Below the pieces are notes generated by a model. That model was not told the origin of the DNA and searched no databases. It saw nothing but the letters and a program-made list of their open reading frames with translations. A DNA stretch of 64,000 nt from Lingula anatina. Lineage: Eukaryota > Animalia > Brachiopoda. The position numbers and the translations under genes were made by a program. The stretch is from positions 33,362,401 to 33,426,400 of the forward strand of contig CM120641.1 in the NCBI GenBank assembly GCA_051362555.1, in the 5' to 3' direction. Shown one piece after another: positions 22,901 through 36,700 of this stretch (positions are counted from its first letter, which is position 1; every line of letters begins with the position of its first letter).

Positions 22901-25900
22901 TTCTTCCAGACTCACAAACTGTGTCTTTTGACAGAAAAAGGTCTTGGGGATGCTGTGCAAGAATATGTTGACAAGGAAGAAAAAGAAGCTATTTCCGAAC
23001 TTGTGAAGTACCAGCTGCAAAAAACACAGGTATTAGCTGAATTAATTTGCTAATAGCTATATTAAACAGTTTGAGCTAATTATAATACCATATTTTTTAA
23101 GTGATTAAGTCTGGCAGAAGAAAAGTTTTAAAATCTGTAAGCAGATAAGAGTCTTTAAGGCTATTTTTTTTTTCTTTTTTAAACCTGAAAGAGTAATTAA
23201 ACCCACAAGGGGTCGTGCATGTTCCCAGACTCCTGTATCTCCACTATCCAGTTTCTTTATTAGTGGATGACATAGGGTGCTTTCCCAGAGATTTAGATCG
23301 ATCTAAAGATTAAGTTTTAGATCGACCTAACTCCCTGGGGGTTCACGCTAAATTGCAGTCAGCCGAGCGGGCACCATAGTTAATTACCCCCTTACAGCTT
23401 TTAGTAGGCGGGACAGACACTTAAGCCGGCCAAGCTGACAGTAATCTAGTGAGACTCCCCACAGGGATAGATCGATCTAAAAATCTATGGAAATGGGGTG
23501 ATAAAGTTTGCTGACCCTCTGTATTTGACTCAATATCTTATTTTAGCATCACTTAAGGTCTAGAAATGCTACAGAGGAAGTACTGGACATGGAAGTCATG
23601 CGATTCCGAGACGAGCGCAAAAAGAAAGCTGGCGAAGAAGACGAGGAAGTGCAGGAAGCTTTCAAAAGAGCCCGGGAGTTGCGTCCCCAGAACGAGAGCA
23701 ATAATATTGGTAGTAGTGATGAAGACATGGACCAAGATGAGCCAGATTCTAACCAGGGTATTCCCACAGGGCAGGGACGGGGTAAAAAGACAACTACCAG
23801 AGGGTCCACTAGAGGACGTGGCTCTGAAAGAGGAGGCAGTTCGAGAGGGAGAGGACGAGGAAGAGGAAGAGGCAAAGGAACTGTCCCTTTAGCCTCTTCT
23901 TCCATCAAGGATGCGTTTGCTGCTGCTTCCCAGTCTTCCAGATCAGCAAAGTGAGTAGCAGCTGTATAACACACTGACAGATTATCTATCATTGGGTTTA
24001 TCTAGCACACTTTAATTTTTTAAAAATATGAATTCATTTCTACCTTACAGTGTTATAACTTGAAAGTTATATGCCTAATTTCTTTACACACTGGCCATAC
24101 ATTTTTATGTACAGACACAGATGTGTCTGTACATATTGCCATCACCTGCGTCTGTCGTCGCCGATGGCGATGGCGATGGCGATGGCGATGGCGATGCCGG
24201 CGCCGTGCACTTTCCTTGTAAACACGATAAGTGGAGGGCAGTTTTACTTTTTGGCTTTATATTTACAGAGCTGATGAATATTCATAAAACGCAGGTCAAG
24301 TTCGAAAATCGGCATGATCGGGCCATTATTGTAGAAGTTATGCTGTTTTTTCACTTTTCAGCATATTTTTCACATTTCCTCAGATTCAATTCTTAGGCAT
24401 GTTAACAGTCTCATTATTAAACTAATAAGATACGTAAAAGTGTTTGTTTGACATTTCCTGCATCTTTACAACATTGTTAGTTGATTTTGTAAAAATGATG
24501 GTAAACTTGTTATCGTGTATTGTGTAATAAAGTTTCAAAAATGGAAATAAACTCATATCATTGCAGTTTGTCAGATTGAATTATTCACTATGTTCAGAAT
24601 CTCAGAATGGAAGAAATTAGACATTTAACACTGCTCTGTTAATATTTTTCCCATCTCATCAATTTCCTTAGTTGATAATATAAAAATGGCAGTAAACTGT
24701 TAATTTTGTTTTACGTTAAAAATTGTTAAAAATGGAAAAAAAAACATATCAGAACAGTGCTGTCTTGTTTACATTTTGGCATTTTCAAGTTGTGACTTTG
24801 AAGTTCCATGGGCCTGAAGACCTTTGCTAGTCACATTTTCTGAATATCCATGATACTAATATTTTATTATTAAAATTAGGTCATCATGCTGTTAAACATT
24901 ATGTAATATTGCATCAAAATTTGAAAAAAACCTATTTTGGGCACTGCTCCCATGATGACCATTTAAGAAAAACCATGTCACTTACTGTTCTCAAACAGTT
25001 CAGTAAATATATATAGATGTGTCTGTACATATTGCCATCACCTGCGTCTGTCGACGCCGTCACCGTCGTGCACTTTCCTTGTAAACACAATAAGTGGAAG
25101 GCAGTTTTACTTTTTGGCTTTATATTTACAGAGCTGATGAATATTCATAAAATGCAGGTCAAGTTCGAAAATCAGCATGATCGGGCCATTATTGTAGAAG
25201 TTATGCTGTTTTTTCACTTTTTAGCATATATGCAACACTGTAAACACATTTCAACGAAAACCGATAGGCCTGTTGTCATGAAACTCACAGGAAAAATTGA
25301 TCTTACTAAAACGCAGGTCAAGTTCGAAAATTGGCATGATCGGGCCACTATTTTAGTAGTTATGCTTTTTTTTCTTTTTTCAGCATATATGCAACACTGT
25401 AAACACAATATAAGAAAAACAGATAGGCCAATTGTCATTAAACTCACAGGAGTGGTCAATCCTGCTAAAACGCAGGTCAAGTTCGAAAATCAGGATGATC
25501 GGGCCACTATTGTAGAAGTTATGCTTTTTTCTTTCACTTTTCAACATATATGCAACACTGTAAACACATTTCAAGGAAAACCGATAGGCCTGTTGTCGTG
25601 AAACTCTCAGGAGTAATCGATCTTACTAAAACGGAGGTCAAGTTCGAAAATTGGCATGCAGCCTGAGTTGGAAAAGCAGTCTAATTGGCTTCTTTTTCTG
25701 GAAGTTATACATTTTCAAAGTGTGAACTTGAACTCTCATGGGCCTGAAGCCTTATGCTTGTTACACATTTTACTTTCATTGGTATTACCTGTTGAGCATA
25801 ATTAAAATTTGATGTTGAATTTACAGTTTAACATAATGTACTTTTGCATCAGAATTGACAGTAGCCTATTTTGTGCATAGTTATTTCCTGCTTTTTGTCT

Positions 25901-26145
25901 GTACATTTGACAGCTTTGCTGCCTTGTTGTTAATTTGTGTTCACAGATATGCTGATCAACTCTCTTGCAGGTCATCACAGATTTCCATGCATGACATATC
26001 AGATGATGACGATGATATGAACACATTTAGGTCTAATTCACACAAAGTAAATAGTGCATCAGCCAAGAGAAAGGGCAAGGGAGTAGCATTCAGTGATGAC
26101 AGCGATGAGGACTTTCCAACGATGCCAACAAAGAGGCGTAGGTAG
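19913..26145 (+). CDS. MRE11: Double-strand break repair nuclease MRE11
   Basis: Exons 19913-20173, 20397-21162, 21342-21438, 22251-22345, 22571-22662, 22910-23029, 23547-23950 and 25971-26145. The phosphoesterase motifs ATDCHLG, GGDLFH, IHGNHDD, LHQN and WGHEH are intact. It also has a GAR/RG repeat and an acidic C-terminus. Confidence 0.97.
21602..21796. mobile_element. MITE, related subfamily, in an MRE11 intron
   Basis: Ends gactgggttcccat...gggaatggtccc, flanked by ATA on both sides. Shares internal motifs (taattaccc, gatagatcgatc) with the 7259 and 23275 copies. Confidence 0.6.
23275..23500. mobile_element. MITE copy in an MRE11 intron
   Basis: Highly similar to 7259-7473. Its right end atctatggaaatggggtg is the exact reverse complement of the left TIR of the 7259 copy. 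ATA flanks both sides. Confidence 0.75.
24115..25760. repeat. Two tandem copies of a composite interspersed repeat with an internal ~159-bp tandem array and a (GGCGAT)n microsatellite
   Basis: ~24120-24360 is repeated at ~25016-25230. The unit caggtcaagttcgaaaat recurs at ~25155, 25314, 25473 and 25635. Both copies end near catgggcctgaag (~24807, ~25737). Confidence 0.7.
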
Positions 26146-27727
26146 TGACAGGATTCTTGGCAAAAGTTGATCATCTTATTTAGCAACCCAGCCAGCCTCA
26201 GCAATTGTAAATGTTGAATTGGACTATTGGGAACATAGAGAAGCACAGGGGAGGTGAAAAATTATACCCTTTGCAGCCATCTCCTCCCCACTCCACTTCT
26301 CTTTGACTCAGAAGTTCAGACGGAAGGACCCAATACTCATGGCCAATCAATAATTGCTGCAAAAATAGTGCACCTCATCAGCCCTGGCTGGAAAATCATT
26401 ATCCTATTGTCCACAGGATGGGTGTCAAACTTGGATTAAAAGGACCACAACCAGCTGGGTGCTGGCATTTTCAAGGTCACAGATGATTTATGCACAAAAC
26501 AGAATGGTGCTTGTAATTTGTCATTTATGATGTCTTCTTTTATATTATCATTAAAGGAGGTTTTAATTGTATTATTTTATAGTTTACTGGTGTCTGGGTT
26601 TCAGAGCAGACACAGGCCAGCTTCTCCATTTTCATATTTCCATATGTGCTTCCTTGTCATGTTTGAATTTAGGTGGCATTTGATTGAAGTTTACCACACC
26701 AGTCAAGAGTATTAACTGCCTCTATAGAATACACTTGCTACCCATGCATTCTTCAGAAATAATACACTAGTACACTGTTTTCATACTTTTACTTTATTAA
26801 GTATGTGAAACCACAATATGATGTACAAACTAGGCAAGTCACACTTCTCTAGGTACCTTGTTGTTTGCAAACCTTGGTACATCTCCATATCAAATTGGTG
26901 TCCAAAGAAACTTCTTAAAAATTAAAAAAGTAGGAAATTGCTCTAGATGCATGCTGAGCAGAATGAGGAAAAATTATAAATGGCTAGCAAATTTTTTCAA
27001 CATATGGTTGTAAATATGCTAGAGGATTGGCAAGAAAAAAGGAACATCTCATCCATGTATTTTTATTTTGCTCAGTATAATAGTATTATGTTTTCACTTC
27101 ATGCAAAATGTACAAAAAACCAAAATAGAAAAATTGGTTTTATGCCTTTTATGATATGTTATGCAATATTATTGCAAGTTTAATTAACAACAATAAAAGT
27201 TGGGATTATTCCATATCGTGTGTATCGTTGCTGTCTCATTGCTGTGATAAAGTAACTTCGTGTCACATGTATATGACATGAAATAGCATATATCTCAATT
27301 TTATAGATAGTATGTTCATACGTATACCCACAAAATCTATCAGAATTAGAGGTAAAAAGAAACATCTTGCTATATATCTTCATTTGAAAATTCTTGATTT
27401 GTGGTAGCTCTTGCCACTGTCTTTGAAAATTCTCAAAATAACTAGTGCTGATGGTTGTTCAGCAGGCCAGTAGGTTTAAGAATATCGCATTGGCTCGTCT
27501 TGTCATAGGTGGCGCGAGTAGTATCTCTCGGGCGGTTCCCCTTATATTTTACCAAGATATAACTTACCATATAACTTTATAAGATTGTGACTCACAATAT
27601 GAAACAAAAATACCATAGTAGATCCATTATTTACTTAATTAAATTTTAACGTACTGGTGATCTTAAATTATTCAGTGCGGGGCAGCATAACACATCGTCA
27701 CATGACGCGACGAAGATGTAACCAAAA

Positions 27728-30700
27728 ATGGCGTTATTCCACAAACTTTTTCCCAGTCGAAACAAACAGAGAAACAAAGGCTGTTGTCGCAGAGATCAAC
27801 ATTCGGAGTCCCCCAAAAAGTAAGTCAGTCTGGCTTTGAAGCTCAGATTTTCCTTCATTCAGGTGTAGTTTACAGACCGATCAGCCGCTGTGGCATCACA
27901 TGACTGTTTGTGTTGTGTTTACTCACCGTGATTACAATATACAGTGGTCATGTGCTTCTCAGTCGTGTGACACCTGCTCTAATCTAGCTGGGTGTCCCTC
28001 AGTCCAGAATGAAGTTCCCAGACCGATCGCCGGCAGTTTTAATGATAAAACACGGATTGGAACAATGTTTATTGCGCTGGGAAGACATGAGGGAGAACAG
28101 AGCTATTGGAAAGCACCGCGGCAGGGCCAGAGTGAGCCATCTGCCTTCAGAAGGGTAAATTTACTTGTCCATGGTTCATTGACTTGTGATATTGGAATGG
28201 TTAAATTTGATAGTTATTTACTGCCTTATAATGGTTTGGTATTGGAATTCAAATATTACACATGGTTTTAATGTTATTATTTTTTTTAAAAAAATATTTC
28301 AACAAAGAGTTTTAGTGTATGTAATACCTCTGTTACAGCAAAGAATTACTTTGGGGTCAGGGGTGATACTTGAAATATCTTTTATCTCCCAGGAACTATT
28401 TGTGTTATGAATGGCATGCAGTTTTTTTAAAATAAGAAATGATATATTTTAAGGATTTATTTGATGCTCATGATATTAGATACCAACTTTGGTAACTGTT
28501 ACCTTTTAAAACATTCTTCTACCATCTTTTGACCCTCTTTGATGTTAAAATGTAGTTTAAAAAAGTGGCTTCTTTGCAAACTATATACTTTTTTCTGATA
28601 ATAGGCAACTTCATAAAACACATGGACTTCTGAAGTTCAGCACAGATTCTAAGTTATATACGATGGCTGATGCATTATATTTGCTTTGTAGATGGAGAGG
28701 TCCAAGTTTGAAAGAAGAGCAGGTCCGTCTTGTGATTTACCGTGATCATGACATTAAAGGAAGGCAGCTGGTATACGATTCTGTTGCAGTCACGCGGATA
28801 GAACCTGGCAAGGTAAACCAGCATTTAACATATATTATTCATGGATATAAGGCAGGTGATATTTCTACAGGGCCAAATTGAATTAAAATTATGTGGAGTA
28901 TTTCCTAGAAATCTGGTATCAAAATTGCTCTTCAACTTATATTTTTAATATCTTTCCTTTCAAAAACATGATATTGTAAGGAATATACCAAACCTCTTTT
29001 GATCAAGCTGCTATTTAGAATTGTCATCATCATTACAATATAATTGTGGTAGAAAGTTTGGGGATGTATGAAGCATTTATGGTGCTCATGAACAATTCTT
29101 GCTTGAAGAACACTATATCTCGATTTTTACCTGATTTCTTGCAATGAAAACATTACTATTGTCCCTTAAATTTGATTTTTCTGTTCTTTGAAGGATTCCA
29201 AACAGCCAAAGAAATGTTGCAAGACGGAACAAAATGTTTCACAATTAACAGACAGCTGTGATGGTCTGAATGAATGGCAGTGTAGACAGGGGCCAAAGTA
29301 CCAGGTAAATGGTGGCATTCATGATAAATAAAAAGTAGTCTGTGCCATAAACATTTCAGTTTACTGGTCATTTGGGCCACCACTTTTATAAAAATTGCTG
29401 GCCCAAACTGTGATTTCCGGTTTTGTATAAAAATTTCAATAAAAATGGACATGTCCCCTATTGCATTAATATCCAAATAACAAGATCTTGATTTTGTCAA
29501 ACTTTAAAAAAAAAATTCTTTAGAATCATCATGTAACAGTTACATTAAAAAAGAAAAAAAAAGAAACTAGATCAAATGAAAAGCTCCTTGAAAAACTTAT
29601 TTAAAAAATTCAAATGGTATCTCAGAGGACACTAAATTCACTCTTGTTGAAAAAGTTTGTCATGTCGTGGTCCTCAAACAAGTGGTCGCAGACTGTAAAA
29701 GGAATAGATTTATTACCAAATCTGAGGATGGAAAACATTGGCCCAGATTATTGTAGAGCTTATTGAAGAACAAATTCTCCAGTGCTATATGCAAAAATCG
29801 TGCCTTTAATATGGAGATTGAATGTTATTTTTTTCCAGTTTGAGAAGCGAGGTTCTGATGCCAAGCTCCTTGGTGAAATGATGTATGGCTCTGTACCTAT
29901 GACCAGCAAAGGGACTGCATTCAAAGTACACTGTATAAGGTTAGTTTTATTAAATAATGTATCAATCTTGAATTTTTTTTAATGGGCAAACTGAATTTAT
30001 CTATGCCAATCAGAAGAAGGATGCTCAATTTTATCAGAAATGAATCTTTTTACTCATTGAAAATATGAAAGGTGTCAGTTCCGTTAGCTTTGTCATCCAT
30101 CTATGAATGTTTTGTGCAAATACTGAGTCATCTAGGTTTCATCTACAATTTTGTTTCGTATCTTTAAGGTCATTGCTATCTATTTGACAGCTTTTTATAT
30201 TTAAGATAAAATGTTTCAGTTAGTAGGTCAGTTTATCACAGTATATACATATTAGCTATATGTCAACTAAACATCTGTTAATTCTTTGCTGCGTGCTCTT
30301 AAGTATTGTAGTTCTGTGGAAATATTTCTTAAAATGTACGTCCTTGTTTAGATTTAAAAACAATATGTGTAGTGTGATTAAACTTTGGATGCATAAGGTG
30401 ATGTATGTGAAATCTAAAAAATGTAAACAAATTTATTTACAACTCGCCTTTTTCAGACTACCACCACAATTGATGGTGACAAAAGTGTTTATAGAACCAA
30501 AAACAAACAGGGATTCCAGTGGGTAAGTAACCCCTTTCTGGGTACAGAAAACATTTACCCTTGTATCGGTATCCCTATCTGATAAATTGTCAATCTTTTA
30601 TCTTCATATCAAATTGATAAAAGGTCGTCTATACCTGCCTTACACATGTGTCTTTATATATGTTACATACATATAATGTGAGATGTGTCTGGAAGCTAAT

Positions 30701-33700
30701 CAAACATTTGTCAGAAAAAAATATCAAACAACAAACTGCATGCTTTCCCTTTCTAATTTAGTGCACTTGTCTACCTTTTTGTACATGTATCTATATGCAT
30801 GGTTGAAAATATTACTTTTGTAATGCCCTTCAGTCTTTTTGTTGTGGTGTTCTTATTGGCCCCTATGTCTTTAAAGTGGGTACTTTTGATATACCTAATG
30901 AGCTTGGGTTGGAGTGTGGGGGGGGGGGGGGGTGAATCACATGGAGCAAGATAATTGAATAAGGAGGTTGCTTCAGTATTCATTATCATAGCTCTCTTGA
31001 TGGCTCCCGAGATTCTGTTTCATAATCGTTTTCATTCAAATTTTTCCCACAGTCTTCTCATGGACAATGATGATTCCTGCAGTCTGACAAGCTCTACATC
31101 AGAATACCTAGCATCTGGTCATGAGGGGCAATCATTGGGTGAGTATCAGAACATGTCCAGTCCAATAATGGCAGCATAGCTTAGTGCAATGCTATCTCAG
31201 CAGACTATGTACTATGTGGGCATGACACCTGACTTATATCATGTATACAGTGGCAGTGGGCAGGGGAAGGATGACGCTGATGTTGGCTAGTTGTATTTTT
31301 TATTCTGAATGAAGGGCTGGTAGAGGACAGATGTCAAAAGTGACAGCATTATTTTGGGTATTTTGGGTTTGAATATCTTAAGTTTCAGAGTGAAGGGGCG
31401 AGTTCTTTGTATTATTATTATTATTGTGTACGAAATAATGGATGAGGTAGTTGAGGTAGTTTTGATTGGTTTCAAATGATGTTATCATGTTGTCAGGCTT
31501 TTAGAGATAAAATAGACCAGTTAATTGCAATGCTGCCACATACTTCTTGTGACTAGCATGCAGTGACCACGACACGTGTCACTCAGTTAAGCCTACTGTG
31601 ACCAGAGATAACTAGATTATATGCTATGTCATGCATATGTGTGTGTGTGTGGTTGGTGACAAGTTTGCCTTGTAACTCATTAACCTGTGGAGTTATGGGA
31701 GGTCTTACTTGTGAAAGTGACATGTACAAGTTACTGTAGTTTTTTTTTTTGAGGGTACATTTAAATGTTTTCTGAAATGTATATGCGTACATATATTACC
31801 TGCCGTGATAAAGGGGTGTGCGTGTTTGTGTGTGCGTTTGCATGCTTGCAGTCTTGCAGAGATAGTTTGAAAATGTATTATGTTTATTTTCGTTGTTTTA
31901 GTTCATATGGAAGTGCAGTTCAGATATGTATTGATTGCTTTATTGAGTGTATTAAGTTTTTTTACGAAAGCAGGACAGAATCAGCTGTCAATTGAATATT
32001 GACCTCAGTGATAGAAGGCGTTGCTGATGATTGCATGTGACATGCACAGTTCCGGCGACTGAACAGATTTTAAAAAATTGATATGGGGGAAATTACGTGA
32101 TATCAAGATTAAATTGTCATATTATTATTAAACTGATTAAGCTGTGCCAGAAATGATAACCCTGTAATTAAATATTTGTGAATATGAGTGCACGTGTTTT
32201 AGGATATGATGTAATTAATTAGTCTAACTTAAACAGTGGGCTTTTGTTGTATAGTTTGTAGTGGGAATTTCAATGTGGTAGGTAAGAAAAAAATATTCAT
32301 AATGTAGGATAGTTTTTTTTAAATTGTGTTAGGTGTGAGATATAACACTGGATTGTGTTCTTTACAGCACGCAGTATCCCCGTGGCCGTGCCCTCTCCTC
32401 CTGCTGTGTCTGCTAATGAAGAGGATAGTGGTTTTGCAGCTTCATCTCTAGGTGGGTGTTCCCTGTACTTAACTGGATATTACATCTTTTTATTTAAGTG
32501 TGCATCGCACAAAAGAAAATACTTTAAAAGGTATATATTCAAAAAGAAATCTGAGAATTGATGTCAGTCATGGTTTCTGTTTATATGTTCTTTGTTGTAA
32601 TTAAGTTTTCTAATATGAATTGTTTTCCTTTATTTAGCTTCCAGTGATGGGTGGGTGACCCCTTTTCCATCTCCAGGCAGCAACTCTAGTCTCAACTCTA
32701 ACAGCTATAACAGCATGCACAAACGCTGGATGCGTGCACAGAGCATGCGGCTTGACTATGGACTCTTGCGCAGGCACTCTGGGGAATTCACTGCACAGCT
32801 GAATGAAGTGAGTTATTATTCTGCCAATATTTAAGGCTGATTTACTTATACATACTGGGCGTAATTCAATGTTCTATCAGATGAAATAACATCATTTTGA
32901 TATGTTTTTAGATGATTGTTAAAATGTGATAAGGTTTCCAAATTTTTCATAATTTTACACTATAGATAAAAAAATACAATATCAGGTACATGATTGCATT
33001 TCATTTACAGGGTTCACTTCCAACATCAAGAAGAAAAGCTAAGCTGGGCATGGCAGTTGTGTTCAACCTGACTGGGCAGGAAGAAGAGATTATGTAAGTA
33101 ACTGTCATGTCTTAAATGTACTCTGAAGTAAAAAATCAATGTACTATGTCCAATATTTAATGCTCTACCTCTCAAATTTCCAGGCAGTTCCAGAGTTTCT
33201 TTTTCTCCCACATAGCACTGTTAGAAGGGAATGTCAACAAGCTCAAGGCTGCTGTGGAGAGAGCGTGTATGGATAAAAGGAACTTTGTGCACTTGGTCTA
33301 TGAGGTGAGTGGATTTGGATCTTGTAAAAGGTAGGGGAGTTACTGTTTAAAAATTGACTCCTGTTTATTTAGTCAGTGTATAAGATTATGATTATCAGTA
33401 GGAGTAATGCCTTCTTTTGGATGTTAGAATAATATGATAAGATAGAATACAACACAATACAACATATTAATATAATATAACATAAGATAACATAACATAA
33501 TAGTTGTCCATTTGTGCGTATCTGAGCAGACAAATAAATTATTAGATGCTTGTTGCTAACCACATATTTGATTTTTTTCTAGGCCTTTGCTACTTTCCGT
33601 CAAGAGATTTTAGACTTGTACACAGCACCTAGAATTTGTGAGCCTGTCTGGCTAACAATGATGGCAACCAACAGTTACAGACATGCAATCCTTAGTCAGA

Positions 33701-36700
33701 AATTCCTTGGAGAGTTCATGTCACTGGTGGAGAAATATGACACAAAGAATACTAGTTTGTGAGTAATGAATTTTTGGCTAAAAATATATTGTAATTTTAG
33801 CTTGTGTACATGCGTGCTTGCATCTGTGTTGTTTTGAACAAGACAAAGTTTATTTGATTTATAGATTTTATTTGTCAAAAAGTAAACAAAATCACAAAAA
33901 CATGTCTACTTAGTTGTGGAGATATAAGAATAAACTGTACGTAGACTTATGTGTGTCTTGTTTCAGTTTCCTAAGCAGTCTTATCACTGCTGTTTTAACT
34001 CATCACCTTGCCTGGGTCCCTACAGTGACGCCTGCTGGGGCAACTCCATCCAGAACATATCTAGACAAACATTCTGCTAAATGGGTAAGGTTTAAACTTC
34101 TCTGATGTGAAATCTAATGCATGTGAAATTGGAGTACTTAAAACTTAAACACTGACACAAACAATATTCTTGTTGGAAAAATGTAGGCACCGAAACTCAC
34201 CACAAATTGATAATTAGAAATCACAGTAATTTTTGACAGGCTCTTTGAACCAACAATATTCTTGCTCTGTGACATGTAAGTACTGCCTTTTTTTTCAGTT
34301 GGACACCCTGGCCAGAACCCATCCTTACAATCCTCTCTGGGCACAGTTAGGGTAAGCGTTTGTCAGTTCTGCTTAGTCTATGAATTACTGAGATCTCATA
34401 CTACAGCTGCTTTTCTGTTCATTTACCTTGCACGATCAGTGTTGATGGTTGTTCATCTCAGCAGGTTTTTTTTTTTAATTTAGAAAATTTAATCAAAATA
34501 TGAATTGCTTTAAGTGATTTCATATGAATTTGAGATTCATTGTTGTAATTTATTCAATATTTTTGGCTATCATGTTCTCCACTCTGTTAAAAAATTATTT
34601 TAATGTGTTCACTTTATTTCTCTGACTGAGGGACAAATATGAATTTCTTCAGGGATTTATATGGTGCCATTGGTTTCCCACTCAAGCTAGCCAGGACTAT
34701 AGTAGTAGGCAAGAAAGCAGATTTGGTCCGTAAATTGTTATTTGTCCTGACCTACTTCATACGCTGCAGTGAGGTCCATGAGAGTGGGGAGCACAGCTGG
34801 GAACCCCTTGAGGTGGATTTTGTGGACATTGAAGAGGGCAGTACCTCACAAACTGAACACCAGAGGGAGTTAGAGTGCAGATCCCCTGGTTTGCAAGACA
34901 GGTCAGTACATGAGACTGAGCCAGTGCCAAGACTTCATGGTGATCTATGTTTACAGCTGGATTCATTAGACAGTGCTGTGTTCACAAGTTTTGACTCCAC
35001 ATTAAGTTCAGAACCTTCTGTAAGAGGGAGGCATCCAGAGCTGGCACTTTTCAACAGACAGCACAGTTCTAAGATTGAAGATGTAGCTGATGAATGTTCT
35101 AGTCTAGATTTCAGTTTGGGTTCACTTTCAAGTCTGCCACTGACTGAACAGACAGAGGCAGTAAGTAATTTTAATGAATTAGTAAGAGAGGGAGAAGAGA
35201 AAAGTGCCAGCATAGCACAAGGGAAAGCACCTTCTCTGTCTCACCATAGTGACATGTCAGAGATACAGAAGATTGAGAAAAAACAACACATGTCATTCAG
35301 CAGTGCCAAAACAAACTTAAACACAGAAAGAACCCATTCTGATGTCTTCAGTAGTAGGATGTTAAACAATGAGAAGAATGCAGCTACAAGAAAGGAACTC
35401 GGGGATAAAACATCAGTTACAATCATTGATGCCAACAGAAGGACAGTATCATTAACAGACAAAGATGCTCAGGATAATAAAATACCTAGCAGCAGTCAGG
35501 TTCCAGTGCTTTTTCATGAGCGCAGCCATTCAGACAGCTCCAACAACAGCAGTACCTCCCAGGCCTCTACTTGCCAGCTGGCAGTCGATTCAATCCAAGA
35601 ACCAGCTGTGGAAAGAATTAGGCACGTGGGACGTTCAGTGTCAGATTTGAAATTAGATGACCGTCAGACTATTAACAATGCTGGCTTGTTTAAGTCTAAA
35701 TCATCAGAAATGTGCGCTGAATACAAAGAGCATGTTGGAACTTCGGATGCCTCATGTAAAGCTGCACAGCTTCCACAGCAGCATCTTTTGACTTCTTGTA
35801 AGGCCTGTATTCGTAACAATCAGCTGTCACCCACTGTGGCCCTGCAGTGTCAACACCATGGAAAGCATGTGTACTTCAGGCAGCCCTCCATGGACAGCAG
35901 TACCATGTTTGATGAATACTTTCTGGGTGACAGTGAAGTGAAAACCATTGACGAGCTTGAGGTTAGAGATCGCCTTGCCAAAGCTGATACAACTAATCAC
36001 AGGACTTCAATAGACTCTGCATATGAGGAAGAACATGGGAAAATATCACTTGTTGAGAAAGACTCCAAATTGGAGCACACCAAGGGAATACAAAGTAGGC
36101 CCAACCGCCCAAGTAAATTGGTCATAAATAAAAATAATACAGCTGAAGCAGAACCGGGACATGAGCGATCTCGCCATGACAGTTTTAACTCCAGCAGTAA
36201 AATGGAATTTCTGCGTAGTGATAGCTTCAGTGCTGGAAGTAAAAGTGATGGTGCTCGCCGTGACAGTGTGAGCAGTAAGGGGAGCACTCCAGCCAGGTGC
36301 AGGTCTGTTACGCCCACAGAGCTAGGTCGTAGACGTCACCAGTCCGAACTGAGCACGGCATCATCTCTACATGATGCTCTGGAGTACTTTGAGAGTCTGA
36401 AAGAGCTGCCATTACCAAGGTGAGCTTTAAATATCAGTATACATGTTAAGTAGGTTGCAGGCCTACATGTTTCAAGTAATTAGAAGACAGTCTTTGTAAT
36501 CTCATTTATGTGAAAGAAACCAGTAGGAACTTAAGAACTTACAAATATATCATAGATTGAATATATTACATATTTTTTATTATCTATTTATATTTTTAGA
36601 AATTTGCAGATAATTAATCAGAGGTAAAAGAAAGTGTTTGGTTTGGATTGATAAATCATTGTATTTGATATTTTTCAGCTTTACAAGCTGTCCCCAGGTG

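Noticed and set aside
25017-25601. 194-aa ORF (and 24121-24396) as a protein-coding gene
   Set aside because: These are translations of an intronic tandem repeat.
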